Shown here: piece by piece, positions 11,469 to 23,900 of the stretch
Position numbering within the stretch: the stretch's first letter is position 1
Layout: each line of letters starts with the position of its first letter
NCBI RefSeq assembly: GCF_009834535.1
Contig: NC_045705.1
Coordinates: forward strand, 65,410,001 to 65,474,000
Direction: 5' to 3'
Source of the DNA: Camelus ferus
Lineage: Eukaryota
DNA length: 64,000 bases
Position numbers and translations under genes: made by a program
Notes under the pieces: generated by a model
Told to the model about the DNA's origin: nothing
What the model saw: the letters and a program-made list of their open reading frames with translations, nothing else
The model's database searches: none

Positions 11469-14400
11469 ATGGGGCTTCTGACCATTCTGAAGAAGATGAA
11501 GCAGAAAGAACGGGAGCTGCGTCTGCTCATGCTGTATCCTCCAGGAGGCCGGAGCCGCGAGGGTAGCTGGGGGCCCCGGCCGGGCGGGTGGTGCTAGGCG
11601 CCCCCTACTGGGCACGGGTTGCGCGGCCGCCGGGCCCATACCAACTGCCCATTGTGCGTCACGCACGTGGACCCTACCATCGCTTCTGGCGGGGGGCCGA
11701 GGGGAGTCCGTACCACCGGCTCTGGGCGGGGAGGGTTCGTTTCCAAGGCCAAAGGTGGGGGCGTAAAGGCACAGCGGCTGGACCAGATGTCCCATTGTAG
11801 GGGGAGGTGGGGCCCAGAAGTGACTCGGACGCTACCACGCGTCGGTCTGGACGAAGCGTGGGGCCGCTGTCTTCTACGGCCCTAATCGCCTCCTGCCCCG
11901 TCGGAAGGTGCCAGACCCCGGTCCCGCCCCTAGGCCGGATTCCCGCGGGCGTGCGGGCGTGCGGGCCCCGCCCTCCACCCCCAGGGTAGGCGGGTGTGGA
12001 CTCTGCAGGTCCTTTCGCGGGTGGGTCCAATTGTCCATCTCTTTGCTGCCTCATGGCCAGTCCGTGTCCCAGCGGTTGATGGCTTGTAAGCCCAAGGGCC
12101 CCGCTGACCTTCTCAGTCCTATGAGCAGGCATCTTCACTCCTTCGCCCTCCTCTGTGCCAGGCCCCGGGCGGTGGGTGGAGGGAGGAACTCTGATCCTAG
12201 AGCTGGGCCGGCCTCACCCCAAATTCCCCTAGGAGGGGAGATAAGACATTTATGTGTGCAAATAACTTAAACGTAATATTCACACCATGTCTGTTTTAAA
12301 GAACTTTGAGAAAGGCACAAAGAAATCACTTAGCCAATAAACATTTATTAAGTGCCTACTGTGTGCTAGGGACTATCCTGGGGGCTGGGGTAAAACAGCA
12401 AAACAAAAAAACCCTACCTTCATGGACGTTCTATGTAATGCTGAGGGGAGAAAGATGATAACAAAATAAACAAGTAAAATATATAGCATGTATGGAGGAA
12501 AATGCAGCTTAAATAAGGTGGTCAAAGAAGGCCACACGGAGAAAGTGACAGCTGAGTAAAGGCAGGGAGGTGAGGGATGAACCATATAGATAATCTGGGG
12601 GAAATTGTTAAAGCAAAAGGAACAGCAAGTGTAAATGTCTCCAAGGAGGAACTCAACTGGTGTGTTCAAAGGAATGTCAAGGAGGGCAGGGTGGCTGGAG
12701 AGAGAGAGTACTGGAAGTTTAGGTCAGATGGAAGAGCCACCTCACCAGGGGCCTTTTGGTTCTGGACTTTTCATGAGAAGTGCAGAAAGGAGGGATCTGA
12801 GACTAGTATTAGGTCACTGCAGTAACAGGTGAGATAGATGGTAGGGTCGGAGTGGAGGCACTGAGGTGATGGAAGTGGGGGCATATTTTGATAGTAGGGC
12901 CAGCAGGAATTGCTGCTGGATTGGACGGACACGAGTGTGAAAAGAAGGGTAAAGCTAAGCATGACTCATAGGTTTCTGGCCTGAACAATTAGAAGTTAGG
13001 CAGTCATCAGCATACAGGTGGTATTTGATGGCCATGATTCCAGATGAGATCGCTGAGGGAGTGAGTGTGGACAGAGAAGAGAACCTAGGTGTGCTCAGAT
13101 CTAAAGGTCAGGGAGATGAGGAGTGACCAGGGAGGAGAACCAGGGCGTGTCCTGGAGGGGAGGAGGGGGCTGGCCACTCCGGGATGCTGATGGAGCAGGA
13201 GGAAGAGGGCTGAGGACTGCCCAGCCAGTGGAGGAGATGGTGGATCTAAGGACTGACCTTGGCAAGAGCAGTTTTGGGGGAGCAGCGGGAGCAAGAGTTT
13301 CATGGGTTCAAGAAAGAGCAGGATGGAAATTGAAGAGGCTGAGTCTGGACCACAGTTTTGAAGCGATCTGCTGTAAAAGAGAAGGAAATAAAGGAAAAAG
13401 TGAGGGGGAGAAGGCTCAAGAGGTGTTTGCTTCTTCTAATGTGGGAGAGACACCAGCTTGCCAGCTGATGGGAATGGTCCAGTGGAGAAGGAAACATGGA
13501 TGATGGAGCTGAGGGGTGAGAGGGATAATCAGTGGCCAACTATCAGGGACTAAGGCTGGGTCTCAGGAGGGGTTCTCTTATCACCCCCATTTCACTGTTG
13601 AGTCCCTCGCCCCAGGTCAGGTGAGCAGAAATTCTGCCTTGGGCCCCGCTGCCCAGCTGCAAGCCCCCTTAACCGTTAGGAGGAAAGTGCAGGATAGGTC
13701 TCTGGTGGGTCACCTTAGCCCTTTGCACACTCACTCAGCAGCAAAGGGTTTGGAATATTCCAGAAACAGAAAGGTGAGGGTGGCTGCCTCCAGATACTTG
13801 CTCTTGCTATTCCCTCTGCCTTGAACGCCCTTCCTCCAGTCCTTCAATAATCTGGCTCCTTGCACTTTGGGCCTCAGCTGAAGACGGTCAGAGAGGCCTT
13901 CCCTGGTGCCATGCTAAATGGAGCCCCTCCGCTGGCCCTCTCTGAAAGCCTCTCCATTGTGCTGCTTTCACTCACCGGGACCTTCAGGGCCTTCTTTCCC
14001 ACTTGTTCACACTCTACTGACTGTCTCAGGCTGGAGTGTAAGCTGCACAAGACGGGGACTGTGACTCTGGGGCACCCCAAGCACCAGAGGTATTGTGGCA
14101 CAGAGTAGGTATTCAGTAAATGTGGGATGAATTAAGGAGCCCCTGGTCAGAGGAAGATGGTAAGCTATTTATTTCTTGATACTTTGACAGTTAGCCTGTG
14201 GGTCAGACATGTACTCAGCTTATTATGCTATGTGGTGGGAAATGATTTGTCCCCTAAGAGAGGGGCACTGTGATGATGTCACCACCCTGCAGAGCATGGG
14301 GACTTCTCCTTAGCCTGGCATGCCCCAGCGGCCTGGACAATGCTGGCAAAACAACTATCCTCAAGAAGTTCAATGGGGAAGACATCGACACCATCTCCCC

Positions 14401-17315
14401 GACACTGGGCTTCAACATCAAGACCCTGGAGCACCGAGGGTGAGCGGGCTCCCTGTGGGCGGGCCTGCCCAGAGCAGGGCAGGGCGGGCAGGCGGGCGAG
14501 GGGCCAGGCTGACCCTCCAGCCACTNNNNNNNNNNNNNNNNNNNNNNNNNNNNNNNNNNNNNNNNNNNNNNNNNNNNNNNNNNNNNNNNNNNNNNNNNNN
14601 NNNNNNNNNNNNNNNNNNNNNNNNNNNNNNNNNNNNNNNNNNNNNNNNNNNNNNNNNNNNNNNNNNNNNNNNNNNNNNNNNNNNNNNNNNNNNNNNNAGG
14701 AGGTGGGCAGGTTACCTGGCGGAGTTGGGGAGTGGGGCTTCCCCCAGTGTCCAGGTCCCAGTAGTTTGTGCATATTGTGGATGTGTGGACACCCTCCTCA
14801 GCAGATTCCCTGATGGGGTCCATGAACGCAGAGGGACACCTAGGGTGAGATCTGTTCCTTCACTCTGCCACTGGGGAGGCAGAGACAACCTGTACACCTG
14901 GTCCAGAGAAGCCCACAAGTGTCATGGGCATGTCTATACTGAGGACCGAGACTTGGGTTCACATCCCTACCATGTCACTGCTTCACCACCTTGAGCGTCA
15001 GTTTCTGCACCTTGAATCAGGCTTTAGGAGGATGACTTGAGGCCAGTGTGTGAAGCTTTAGGAGGCAGTGGAACCTGGCTCAGGAGTTGGGCTCTTCGCT
15101 GTGTAACCTCAGGCAAGGCATTTAACTTTTCTGAATCTCCACTGCCTCATCTCTCAGATGGACATTATAATTACAGTGATCTTAAAATTTATTATCTGGG
15201 CCAAAATGCTCTTTTTAAAATAAAATTTTAGATTTATAGGAAAGATGCAAAGATAAGGAAGGGATACCCCATATATCCTTCACCTAGCTTCCCTTAAGGT
15301 TAACATCTTGCAGAACTGCCATATATCTGTCAAAGCTAAGAAATTAACATTGGTAAGTTACTATTAACCAAACTACAGATTTTATTTGGATTTTACCAGT
15401 TTTTCCATTAATATCCTTTCTCTGTTCCAGGGTTTGATCCAGGTTATGACACTGCATTTAGTTGAAAAGTAGGACACTTTTGAGAATAAAAGAGGGGGTT
15501 GTTAATTGTTACACAGGGACAGCAGGCATAAACAGGGATGTTGAGCAGGCCCAATGAGATGCTCAGCCCTGACCTGGCACCTCGAGGCCCTTTTTAAGGG
15601 CTAGATCCACCACCCACATAGAGGGATTCCCAGTCACAAACACATATATGGATATTACTGGAATCACAGGCAGAGAGTGAGACCTGACAGAGTAGTGGGA
15701 CAGAGGGCTACGTGAACTTGGAAGAGGAAAAGGGCATTTCTAACAGACCTCAAAGCCCCTGGGACAGTCGCATTCTTTGTGCCTGTCAGGTCATCAGATC
15801 AGAGCAGTCTGGAACCCAAGGGCTCAGGGATCGTCTTGTCCATTGCCCCCTCCCCATTTTTGGAAGAGGAACCTGAGGCACAGAGGAGAGGGGTGCCCAC
15901 TGGGTGGTGACTGGGCTGGCACCAAGGTGCCAGGCCAACCCAGGGCTCTCCCCACTCAATAACTGTTGGACACAAAGGCCGTCTCTACACTACCCACCCA
16001 CTTAGGCCTTTCCCACCACCATGGGACCTTGCCCAGATCTTCCAGGTGGATCTCTGACCCCAGATGCTCAGTGTGATTAGTGATGGGGCCAGGCTGCCCT
16101 CTGAGCTTCCAACCCCCATACCCACCTATTTCTCTTCCCCAGCGCCTGGCTGGAGCGACCCTCCTCATCTTTGCCAACAAGCAGGACCTGCCCGGAGCAC
16201 TGTCCTCTAACGCCATCCGCGAGGTGAGTCCAGGCCTTGGCACAGGCTCGTGGAGCAAAAGGAGCATGCATTTCTTTGTTAATTTATTATGAAAGCATTT
16301 ATTAGCCCCTGCTGTGTGGCAGGACCTATTCAGGGTACAAGAGATTCACTGATTAATAAGCCATAGTTGTAGGGGAGGCTATAGCTCAGTGGTAGTGTGT
16401 GTGCTTAGCATGTACGAGGTCCTGGGTTCAATCCCTGGCACCTCCATTAAAATCAACAAATCTTTAAAAAATAAATAAGACGTAGTTGTGCCCCACAGCC
16501 TGGGGGAAGGCAGACCTGCAGACAGATTATTCCACAGGACAATTAGTAGCCAAGAAGAAGTGAGTGCTTTCCGTGTGCTAGGCTCTTTGCATGGATTAAC
16601 TCATTCAATTCTCACAACCACCTCACAAGGTAGAAACTATTATTATCATACTACAGATGGTGAAACAGGCTTAGAGAGGTTAGGTAACTTGCCCAAGGTC
16701 ACACAGCCAGTAAGCCAGGATTTAAACGCAGGGCTCTGCGACCCCAGCTTGCATCTTAACTCTTATTCTAGAGCTTGAACACCAGAAAGAGTGGGGTTAG
16801 AATCTAGGTTCTGCCGCTTACTAGCTGTGTGACCTTAGGCAGGTTGCTTAACCTCTCTGAGGTTTCCTTCTCAGTAAAACACAATCCCTGGCTTATGGGG
16901 CCTTGTGGGGAATGGATGAGAGGACGTTTGTAGGGCCCATAGCACAATGTCGGGAGCCCCTGTTGCTATTCCATTATTAAGGGGCAGTGCTGGCATGGTG
17001 GTGTGCAAAGAGCCCAGGTACCCAGAGGGGCTGATAGGTCTTCACCTGGGCCAGGGACAGCTTCCCAAAGCAGGCTCCTAGGGGAGGCATGGAATCCCCC
17101 CTGGGCCAGGAGAGGGAATGGGCTGTGAGTGGACAGGACCTGTGGTCACTGGGGCCCATCATCACTTTCTGCCCTCCCAGGCCCTGGAGCTGGACTCCAT
17201 CCGCAGCCACCACTGGTGCATCCAGGGCTGCAGTGCCGTCACCGGGGAGAACCTGCTGCCTGGCATCGACTGGCTCCTGGATGACATTTCCAGCCGCATC
17301 TTCATGGCCGACTGA
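11469..17315 (+). CDS. ARL2: ADP-ribosylation factor-like GTPase 2, 184 aa; join(11469-11533,14329-14439,~14540-14702,16143-16223,17181-17315)
   Basis: [31 protein letters not shown] (P-loop), FANKQD (G4), ...SRIFMAD*. Exon 3 is inside the N gap except its last 5 nt (AGGAG|gtgggc); 163 nt is needed and fits. Confidence 0.96.
14526..14697. other. Assembly gap, 172 N
   Basis: N run; covers most of ARL2 exon 3. Confidence 1.
15205..15470 (-). mobile_element. Old L1M 3' fragment
   Basis: aattttagattt...gttaacatctt...aaattaacattgg pattern typical of antisense L1MB/MC ends; approximate. Confidence 0.55.
16372..16473 (+). mobile_element. tRNA-Ala-derived SINE in ARL2 intron 4
   Basis: ggggaggctatagctcagtggtag... 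with A-rich tail; imperfect TSD aataagccatagttgt / aataagacgtagttgt. Confidence 0.88.
16560..16975. mobile_element. Two MIR elements in opposite orientation
   Basis: aacttgcccaaggtcacacagc (minus copy) followed by ctagctgtgtgaccttaggcaggttgcttaacctctctg (plus copy). Confidence 0.65.
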
Positions 17316-17624
17316 GCCACTACAGATGCCCCCCATCTCACAGTCCCGGCCCCCACTCTACAGGCCCTCACCAAGCACCATCCATTGGGGGATGGGAGTC
17401 AGCCAGCCCAACTAACACCCCATGCCCCTCTGTAACCTGCTGCTGCTACTGCTGCCCACTGCTTCTCCGTGGCCAGCCAGGCCCCCCTGGCAGGAGGGCT
17501 GTCACCCTGGCTCCTGACCCAGCCTGCCTGCAGCTGCTGTACCAAGATGAGAGGACTGGGGCTGGGATGGGGCTGCCCCTGCTGCTGTTGAGGCTGTGGG
17601 CCTTGTCCTTTGCTCAGCTGTGGG

Positions 17625-17630
17625 AATAAA
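17625..17630 (+). terminator. ARL2 polyadenylation signal
   Basis: AATAAA 310 nt after the stop codon. Confidence 0.75.
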
Positions 17631-19729
17631 TTGTTCCCTGCCCCCATTCCTGGCTGAGTCATTTGCTGATTCAACAGCTCTAGAGACTGCCTAGAGCCCA
17701 CAGTCCTGCAGGAGACAAAGGAACAGATAATTTCAGGCAGAAGGTTAACCAACCGTCGCTGTGTCAAAGAGATGGCAAAGAGTTATAGAAGCATGGGACA
17801 GGGCTGTGTAATTCCATTTGGAGGAGTCCAGGTGGGCTTCCCAGAGGAGGTGACATTAAAGCTGAGAGTGAAGGATGAGTAGACGTTTTCTGGCTAGAAT
17901 AAGGGGGAGGCTGGTTTACCAGAGGATGGTTTACTGCTACCCTCAGAGGTATGAATTAGAAAAAGCAATGCCTCCCCCACATCAGGCTCACAGCTTGTTT
18001 AATGGAACATGGGCAGAATTTCAGCTCCCAACCTCCTGCTGCAGCAAGGGACCCATGTGCAGTGGACAACCTGCACAGCTGTATGAGGCAGCAGTGGTTC
18101 CAGTAGAGGGAACCACAGGACAGAGGAATGAAGAGCAAGGGCTTTTGGGAGACAGGGATGAGGACCCCTGTGTAGGAAGATGTGGGCATCATGCCAAGCT
18201 AGCAAACCAGGAGCAGAGCCAGGAAGGAGCCTTCCCTGAAAACTAAAGGCACTCTGAAGCAGGGGCAGCTGGGAAAGGATGGGAACCAAGGGGACCTCAG
18301 GGCCCCAATCCAGGTGGCAGGACAGCTGGGTGTTTTCACAGGGCCCCTTGCTGTGGTCCTACTAGTGGATGCTTACTCTGCAGGGTTCTGCTTGAGGCAT
18401 TCTTCACTTACCATCACACTGAAGAATGGCCCCAAGCAGGACAGACTCCTAGTGTCCCCATTTATATAGGAACTGAGCCTCCAGGAGGTTATGTGACTTA
18501 CACAAAACCAGTGAGGAAGGAGAGGATCTGCGATTTGGACCCAGCATGTTTAGCAACTACACCCTACTAACAGTCTTCTATTTTTCTCTCTCTGCTGGAA
18601 ATTCAAATGCCAAATAGAGCCTAATGTGTCTATGAGGGAAGGCAAGGAAAAGAGAGGAAGAGATAGCGATTTACTCCTAAACTGGCACTGGGATCCCTTC
18701 CTGGAGGGGAGAGACCTGTGCAAAATCTGGGCTCTTTTAGGATGGAAGAGGGAAATGGGTGTTGGGTGGACAACCTTGAAACATGAACTGGCCTTCAGTG
18801 TAGAAATTTAGAACTGCCTGCCCTGTCTTCTGTGCAAGACAGACGCTGTGGTCCCCATGCTCCCTCCCCTGCCGTAAGTGGACACACTCAGTCTCCAGAG
18901 CCAAACCCTGGCTCTGCCACTCACTCGTTGATGATTAGCAAGTTGCTTAGCATGTCTGTGCCTCAGTTTCCCCATCTGGGTTAAAGATAATGTCACCTAC
19001 CTCCTACAGTTGGGAGAAGGAACAAATGGGTGGGTGTCTTGTGTGTCATAAGCACTATATGTCAGCTATAATTATCATTATTTCAATCAGTATGAGTTCA
19101 AGCAGATTTCAGTGTGAACTCAGCCATCCACTGATCCGGGTAAGTCAACCCAGTGTTCAAGTCCTCCGGGGGGCCCTTAAAAAGCAGCATCCTGATTCCA
19201 AACGTGAATTATGCATGGTTTAGAGGTAAATAGGAAAAATAGTAAGATTATACTCATCATAAAGGCCTATGCATGGGGAGTATGAGCTGTGGCAGAAAGT
19301 CTGCTTCATATAGTCAAGCAGACCCAGTGGGAATGTGGGGACCTGGCCCCCCGCAGCTTTTCCCTCTTCCCTGCCTTCTGTTTGCTTCTCCCAGTGACGG
19401 GACTGGTGGAACTGGAGATCTGGAGAAGGGCTGGGGCTAAACTGATCTGGATAGGAAAGGTCTTAGATGGAGAAAGAAGGCAGAAAGGGGAGAACGGGGA
19501 GCTGCCGGGCAAGGGAGGGGAGTGAATGATGGGTGAGAAGGGAACTTGGAGCCTCTGCTCTGCCAAGAGAACTTTGAAGACCAAGAGCGATGTTGAAAGG
19601 GGTCTTCAGAGGAGCCCTGATGTGTACTGTGGGAGGGGACACCACCCAATCCCAGCCTCCTCCCAAATACCTCCTGGATAAGCTACCTTTTTTCCATACA
19701 CCTGACAGTCTGATTTGGGAGTTCGCTTT

Positions 19730-19829
19730 GTGATTTTTTTCTTTTTCCTTAATGGAGGCACTGGGGATTGAACCAGGACTTCATACATGACAAGCAAGTG
19801 CTCTACCACTGAACTATACCCTCCACCCC
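19730..19829 (-). mobile_element. tRNA-Ala-derived SINE
   Basis: Reverse complement of the tRNA-like body with T tract. Confidence 0.85.
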
Positions 19830-19950
19830 ACTTTGTGTTTCTTTCTGGAGTTACAAAGCCCACTCATCTGAGTTCCAGTAACAAGAGTGGCCATGAGTGC
19901 TTCATCCAGCACAATGCCACGTTTAAGCTTCACAACCTGGTGGTGGTGGT

Positions 19951-20380
19951 GGTATCAGTCAGGGTCCTGGATGGTCTGCCCAGACACAGATCAAAACTGC
20001 CTTCAGCAGGAAGAACCTTTCTTGGAAGGATACAGCAGACTCATGGCATCTCAATGGAGGTTGGACATCAAGGCTTGGAAAAGTGCTCTAGAGGCTGGGC
20101 AGCCAAACCCACAGCCAACACTGTACTCAAGGAGCAAATCAGTCCCCTTGCCAGGCACTGTGCCCTCTGTCCCTCACTCAAGATCCAAGGCTTCAGGAGA
20201 AGGTCCCCCCAAAACCACAACCCCTCCCCAAGACCTGGGGAAAGGAAAGGAGCTGGCACCTTTGGATTCTGGGCTAAGAGGCTGGAGGGCTGCACAAACT
20301 ATTGAACAACCTCCAAAGATCTGGTGCTATGGTGCTAACAGAAAGAGGCAGGGGTGAATGCTGGACAAACCACAAAGGAA
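19951..20380. mobile_element. MaLR (MLT1-like) LTR remnant
   Basis: Starts gtatcagtcagggtcc, a typical MLT1 terminus; approximate. Confidence 0.45.
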
Positions 20381-20991
20381 AAAGAAACATTCGCTACAGT
20401 AGGTTCTATTATAAACATCCCCATTCTAGAGATGAGAAACTGAGGCTCGAGTAGTTAAAGGAAACTCAAGCAGTTAATAAGTGTTACTTTAGAACCCATG
20501 AAACCTCCGTGCTTCTCTGGGGTTGTTTTTGCTCCCCCTACCCTTCCAGAAAAGATGAATTTAGTGAATCCTAGGGAGGGAGACAGGGAAATAATTTGGC
20601 AATGTCTGGCACATATTGAACGCAATAAAAGGTGGGTGGATGGATGAAAGAAAGGAATTGGGAAGCAAAGGAGAAGTCATTTATGATGAGGGTTTACACT
20701 CGGGTCGGTTGGGCTTGATCGCAAGGCAGAATTGAGTGACACAACCTCCCCAATCCTTACTCTCAAATCACCTAGTTCATGCTTTGCCAACAACCGAGAA
20801 CTTTTTAGACGGTCCCTTGGCCAAGCGCCCTGCCAGAGAATTGCACGGTCACATGCGACCAGCTCCCTGGGCCCGAGGAGGAAGGGCCCAGGCCCGGGCG
20901 AGACGGTGGCTGGCGGAGACTGACCTGGAGGGGCGGGGGCGGCGTGGAGGAGGCGGAGGCCAGCGGTCAGCTCCGCTCCAGCTCCTTTGCC

Positions 20992-23900
20992 ATGTCTCGT
21001 CAGGCGAAGGACGACTTTCTGCGGCACTACACAGTCTCCGACCCTCGAACCCACCCGAAGGGCTACACCGAGTACAAAGTGACCGCGCAGGTGAGGTGGG
21101 ACCCATCGGGGACCTTTACCATTTTAACAAGAGGGGGGCTGTGTTTTACCTTAAGGCAAGCCGCTGCTGGAAGCTCCCATTTTAGACGACAGAAATGGAT
21201 TTCCCCTTTAAGGAGAGATGGCGATAGGGCCTTCGTTTACGTCTTTGGCCACCAGGAGGCGGGGCCATAGGAGGGCGCTGTCCTTTTAAAAGGGCGTGAC
21301 GGCAGTTTCCAGAGGACGAGGTGTGGATGTCCACGCCCAATGCGTGGCGTTTGGCCATTAGGCCGTGAATTTAAGTTAACATGAAAACTCTGGCTCAACC
21401 CAAATATTGGTTAGTTCTCCAATCTCTTGTTTTGTTTATTGGTTTGTTTGATATTTACATAGACTTTTTTAAAGGAGTTAAATTTCTTTTAATTTTTCAC
21501 AAAATAATGCTTGTGTATGACTAAAAATTCATACAATTCAAAAAAAAATTAAGGAGTAAGTCTCCTCTTCACAGTCATATCAGGAAGTCAGTAGATAAAG
21601 ACTAAAATTGATGTATGAAGCAATATCAACATTATAAACACACAGAGGAAATCAGAAAAAGGATTAAAAATAGAAAGTATAATAACATCTGTAGAATGAT
21701 ATACAAGAACTGATTGGGGAAAATTTTTCACTGTAAATTCTTTTTTTGCTTTTACACTTCTGAAGTAGACAACTATTAAACTGGTAGCTATTAAAGTGAA
21801 GCAAAAACATAAACACTTCCAAAATGATTTAAGTACAGACTCCTAGATGTTTAAAATGAGCTTTCCCCAAATCTTTTATGCCTTTCCCATGCCTAAAAAA
21901 TACAAATAAAAATATAGTCCCTGGGAATTGCTCGGTCATTTGATGGACACATGGGTAGCTTTCCTAGTAAAACTGCCAGTTTTCCTAGTAAAACTGCCAG
22001 TTTGCCAAAGTAGTTGTAACATTTTATACTCCCATTCTCGCCAGCACCTGGTAGCATCAGCATCTTTAATTATAGCCATTCTTGGTGGGTGTGTAGTATT
22101 CCATTGGAATATTACTTTGCATTTCTCTGATGACTAATGAGGTTGAGCACACTTTCATAATCTTATTGGCCATTTAAACATCTTTTTTTGTGGGAGGTGC
22201 CTCTTCAAGTATTTTGTCCATTTTGTAAAGTTGGGTTGTTTGTCTTTTTTAATATTGATTTGTAGGAGTTCTTTATATCCTCTGCGTAAGAGTCCTTTGT
22301 CAGGTATATATTCCTCAATGGTTTTAAAATATAATTTCTTTTACCCAAATGTTTTAAGCCAGTCTGTTGTGAAAAGCAAAGGCCAGGGTTGCAGTGCTAG
22401 CAGTCCCCCAACAGGTCACATCCCTTCTCTAAGCTTCCATTTCCTCATCTTTTAAATGGGCACGTTTTGGTGTCTGCCTTCCTGGGCTCTAGGATAATAA
22501 ACAGGAGATGTTTTCAAAACTGTCAAAGTTACTCCAAGCTGGGGGTTGTGGGGAGCGGGTAATAGCTCAGTGGTAGAGCACATGCTCAGCATGCACGAGA
22601 TCCTGGGTTCAATCCCCAGTACCTCCACCAAAAAAAATTAAATTAAAAAAAAAAGTTACTCTAAGCTGCAGGGTGTTATTTTTTAATTATTATGAACATA
22701 CATAATGAAAACAGAGTCTTTTTTCCACCTCAGAGGCCAGTCTGCTCTTCAGGAGTCCCACAGTTTCTTCTGTGTCCAGGAGTGTCCACCCACAGAGGCT
22801 TCCTCCTTTAAGGAAGAAGTGGCTCCTGGGACAGAACCTCATTCTTTAGAGAACTCAAGGTTCTCTGGTTTCAGAAGGAAATGCAGGGACTTGGCCTTTT
22901 GAAGGAACTGAGATACAAGTTGGGCTGAGGGAGGAGTCCTCTAGATGGGCCTTTAGGGATACTTGCATTTTGAGACAGGCTGGGACCTGGGACCTGGGAC
23001 CCTTTACCCAGTGCTTGTACTTACACCCAGACAAACAGAATACTAAGAAACTGTAAGGGACTGAAAATAACTGCACGCATGCAAAGTCCAGGCAATTTTG
23101 AACAATAAGATACAAAAAGGCCACAAACCAACTGTCACTTCTGTGGTTCCAGTAGCAAAAGCAGGGCACTGTGCATGATCACTGCAGACAGCACCACCAA
23201 GGGGGTGCCGGACCACCTAAGCCACTGCTCTGGCCCAGCCTACTGCTCCGCCCCTACCTTCACCCCATTTAAGGAACCAGCCCGCCCTCCTAAGAGAGCA
23301 ACTGAGGGCACCTGTACTGCAGCATGAGTTCCAATAAAGCCTTGCCTGAATTTCTTGTCTGACCTCTTATCAATTTCTGTTGACTAAAGAGTCCAAGGAC
23401 CTGGATAATTTGACAGATGAAGTAACTGAGTTGCCTGGTAGAAAAACTAGCCAAAGTTACACTCAAAGCCTCAAAGCCAGGACCCCTTGATACCAGTAGC
23501 CAAAGGGCTCTGCCCCTCTCAATGGGGCTGGGAGGTACCTGGGGCATCCTCCGATTGTATAGGATGATGGGGTCAGATGTCGGTCTCTGGTCTCACCTGG
23601 TTCTTGCCTTTCTTCCTCAGTTCATCTCAAAGAGGGACCCGGAGGATGTCAAAGAGGTGAGGCTCCTGGGAGGAAGGGGACCGTTTCCCAATTCCAGATC
23701 TGGAAACAGCAAAGCAACAGCTGGTAACTCTGCCAGGAGACCAGCCCCTGTTCCTCCCTGGTCCTGGGGGGGGGGGGGTGCTGCGCCCTAATGTACACAC
23801 ACCCTGGGGCCAGGCAGGGAGGGAGGATGGCCACTTCCCACTGTTGCTTGTCCCAGTCAAGTCCCATGTGCCTCCTAGGTGGTGGTCTGGAAGCGCTACA

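Noticed and set aside
14320-14994. Long ORFs spanning the N run; ARL2 as a possible pseudogene
   Set aside because: ORFs are open only because of Ns; gap size and visible exon end fit an intact ARL2.
19787-20357. Overlapping 172-aa and 156-aa ORFs between ARL2 and SNX15
   Set aside because: They run through a SINE and an MLT1-like LTR; no splice-supported structure.
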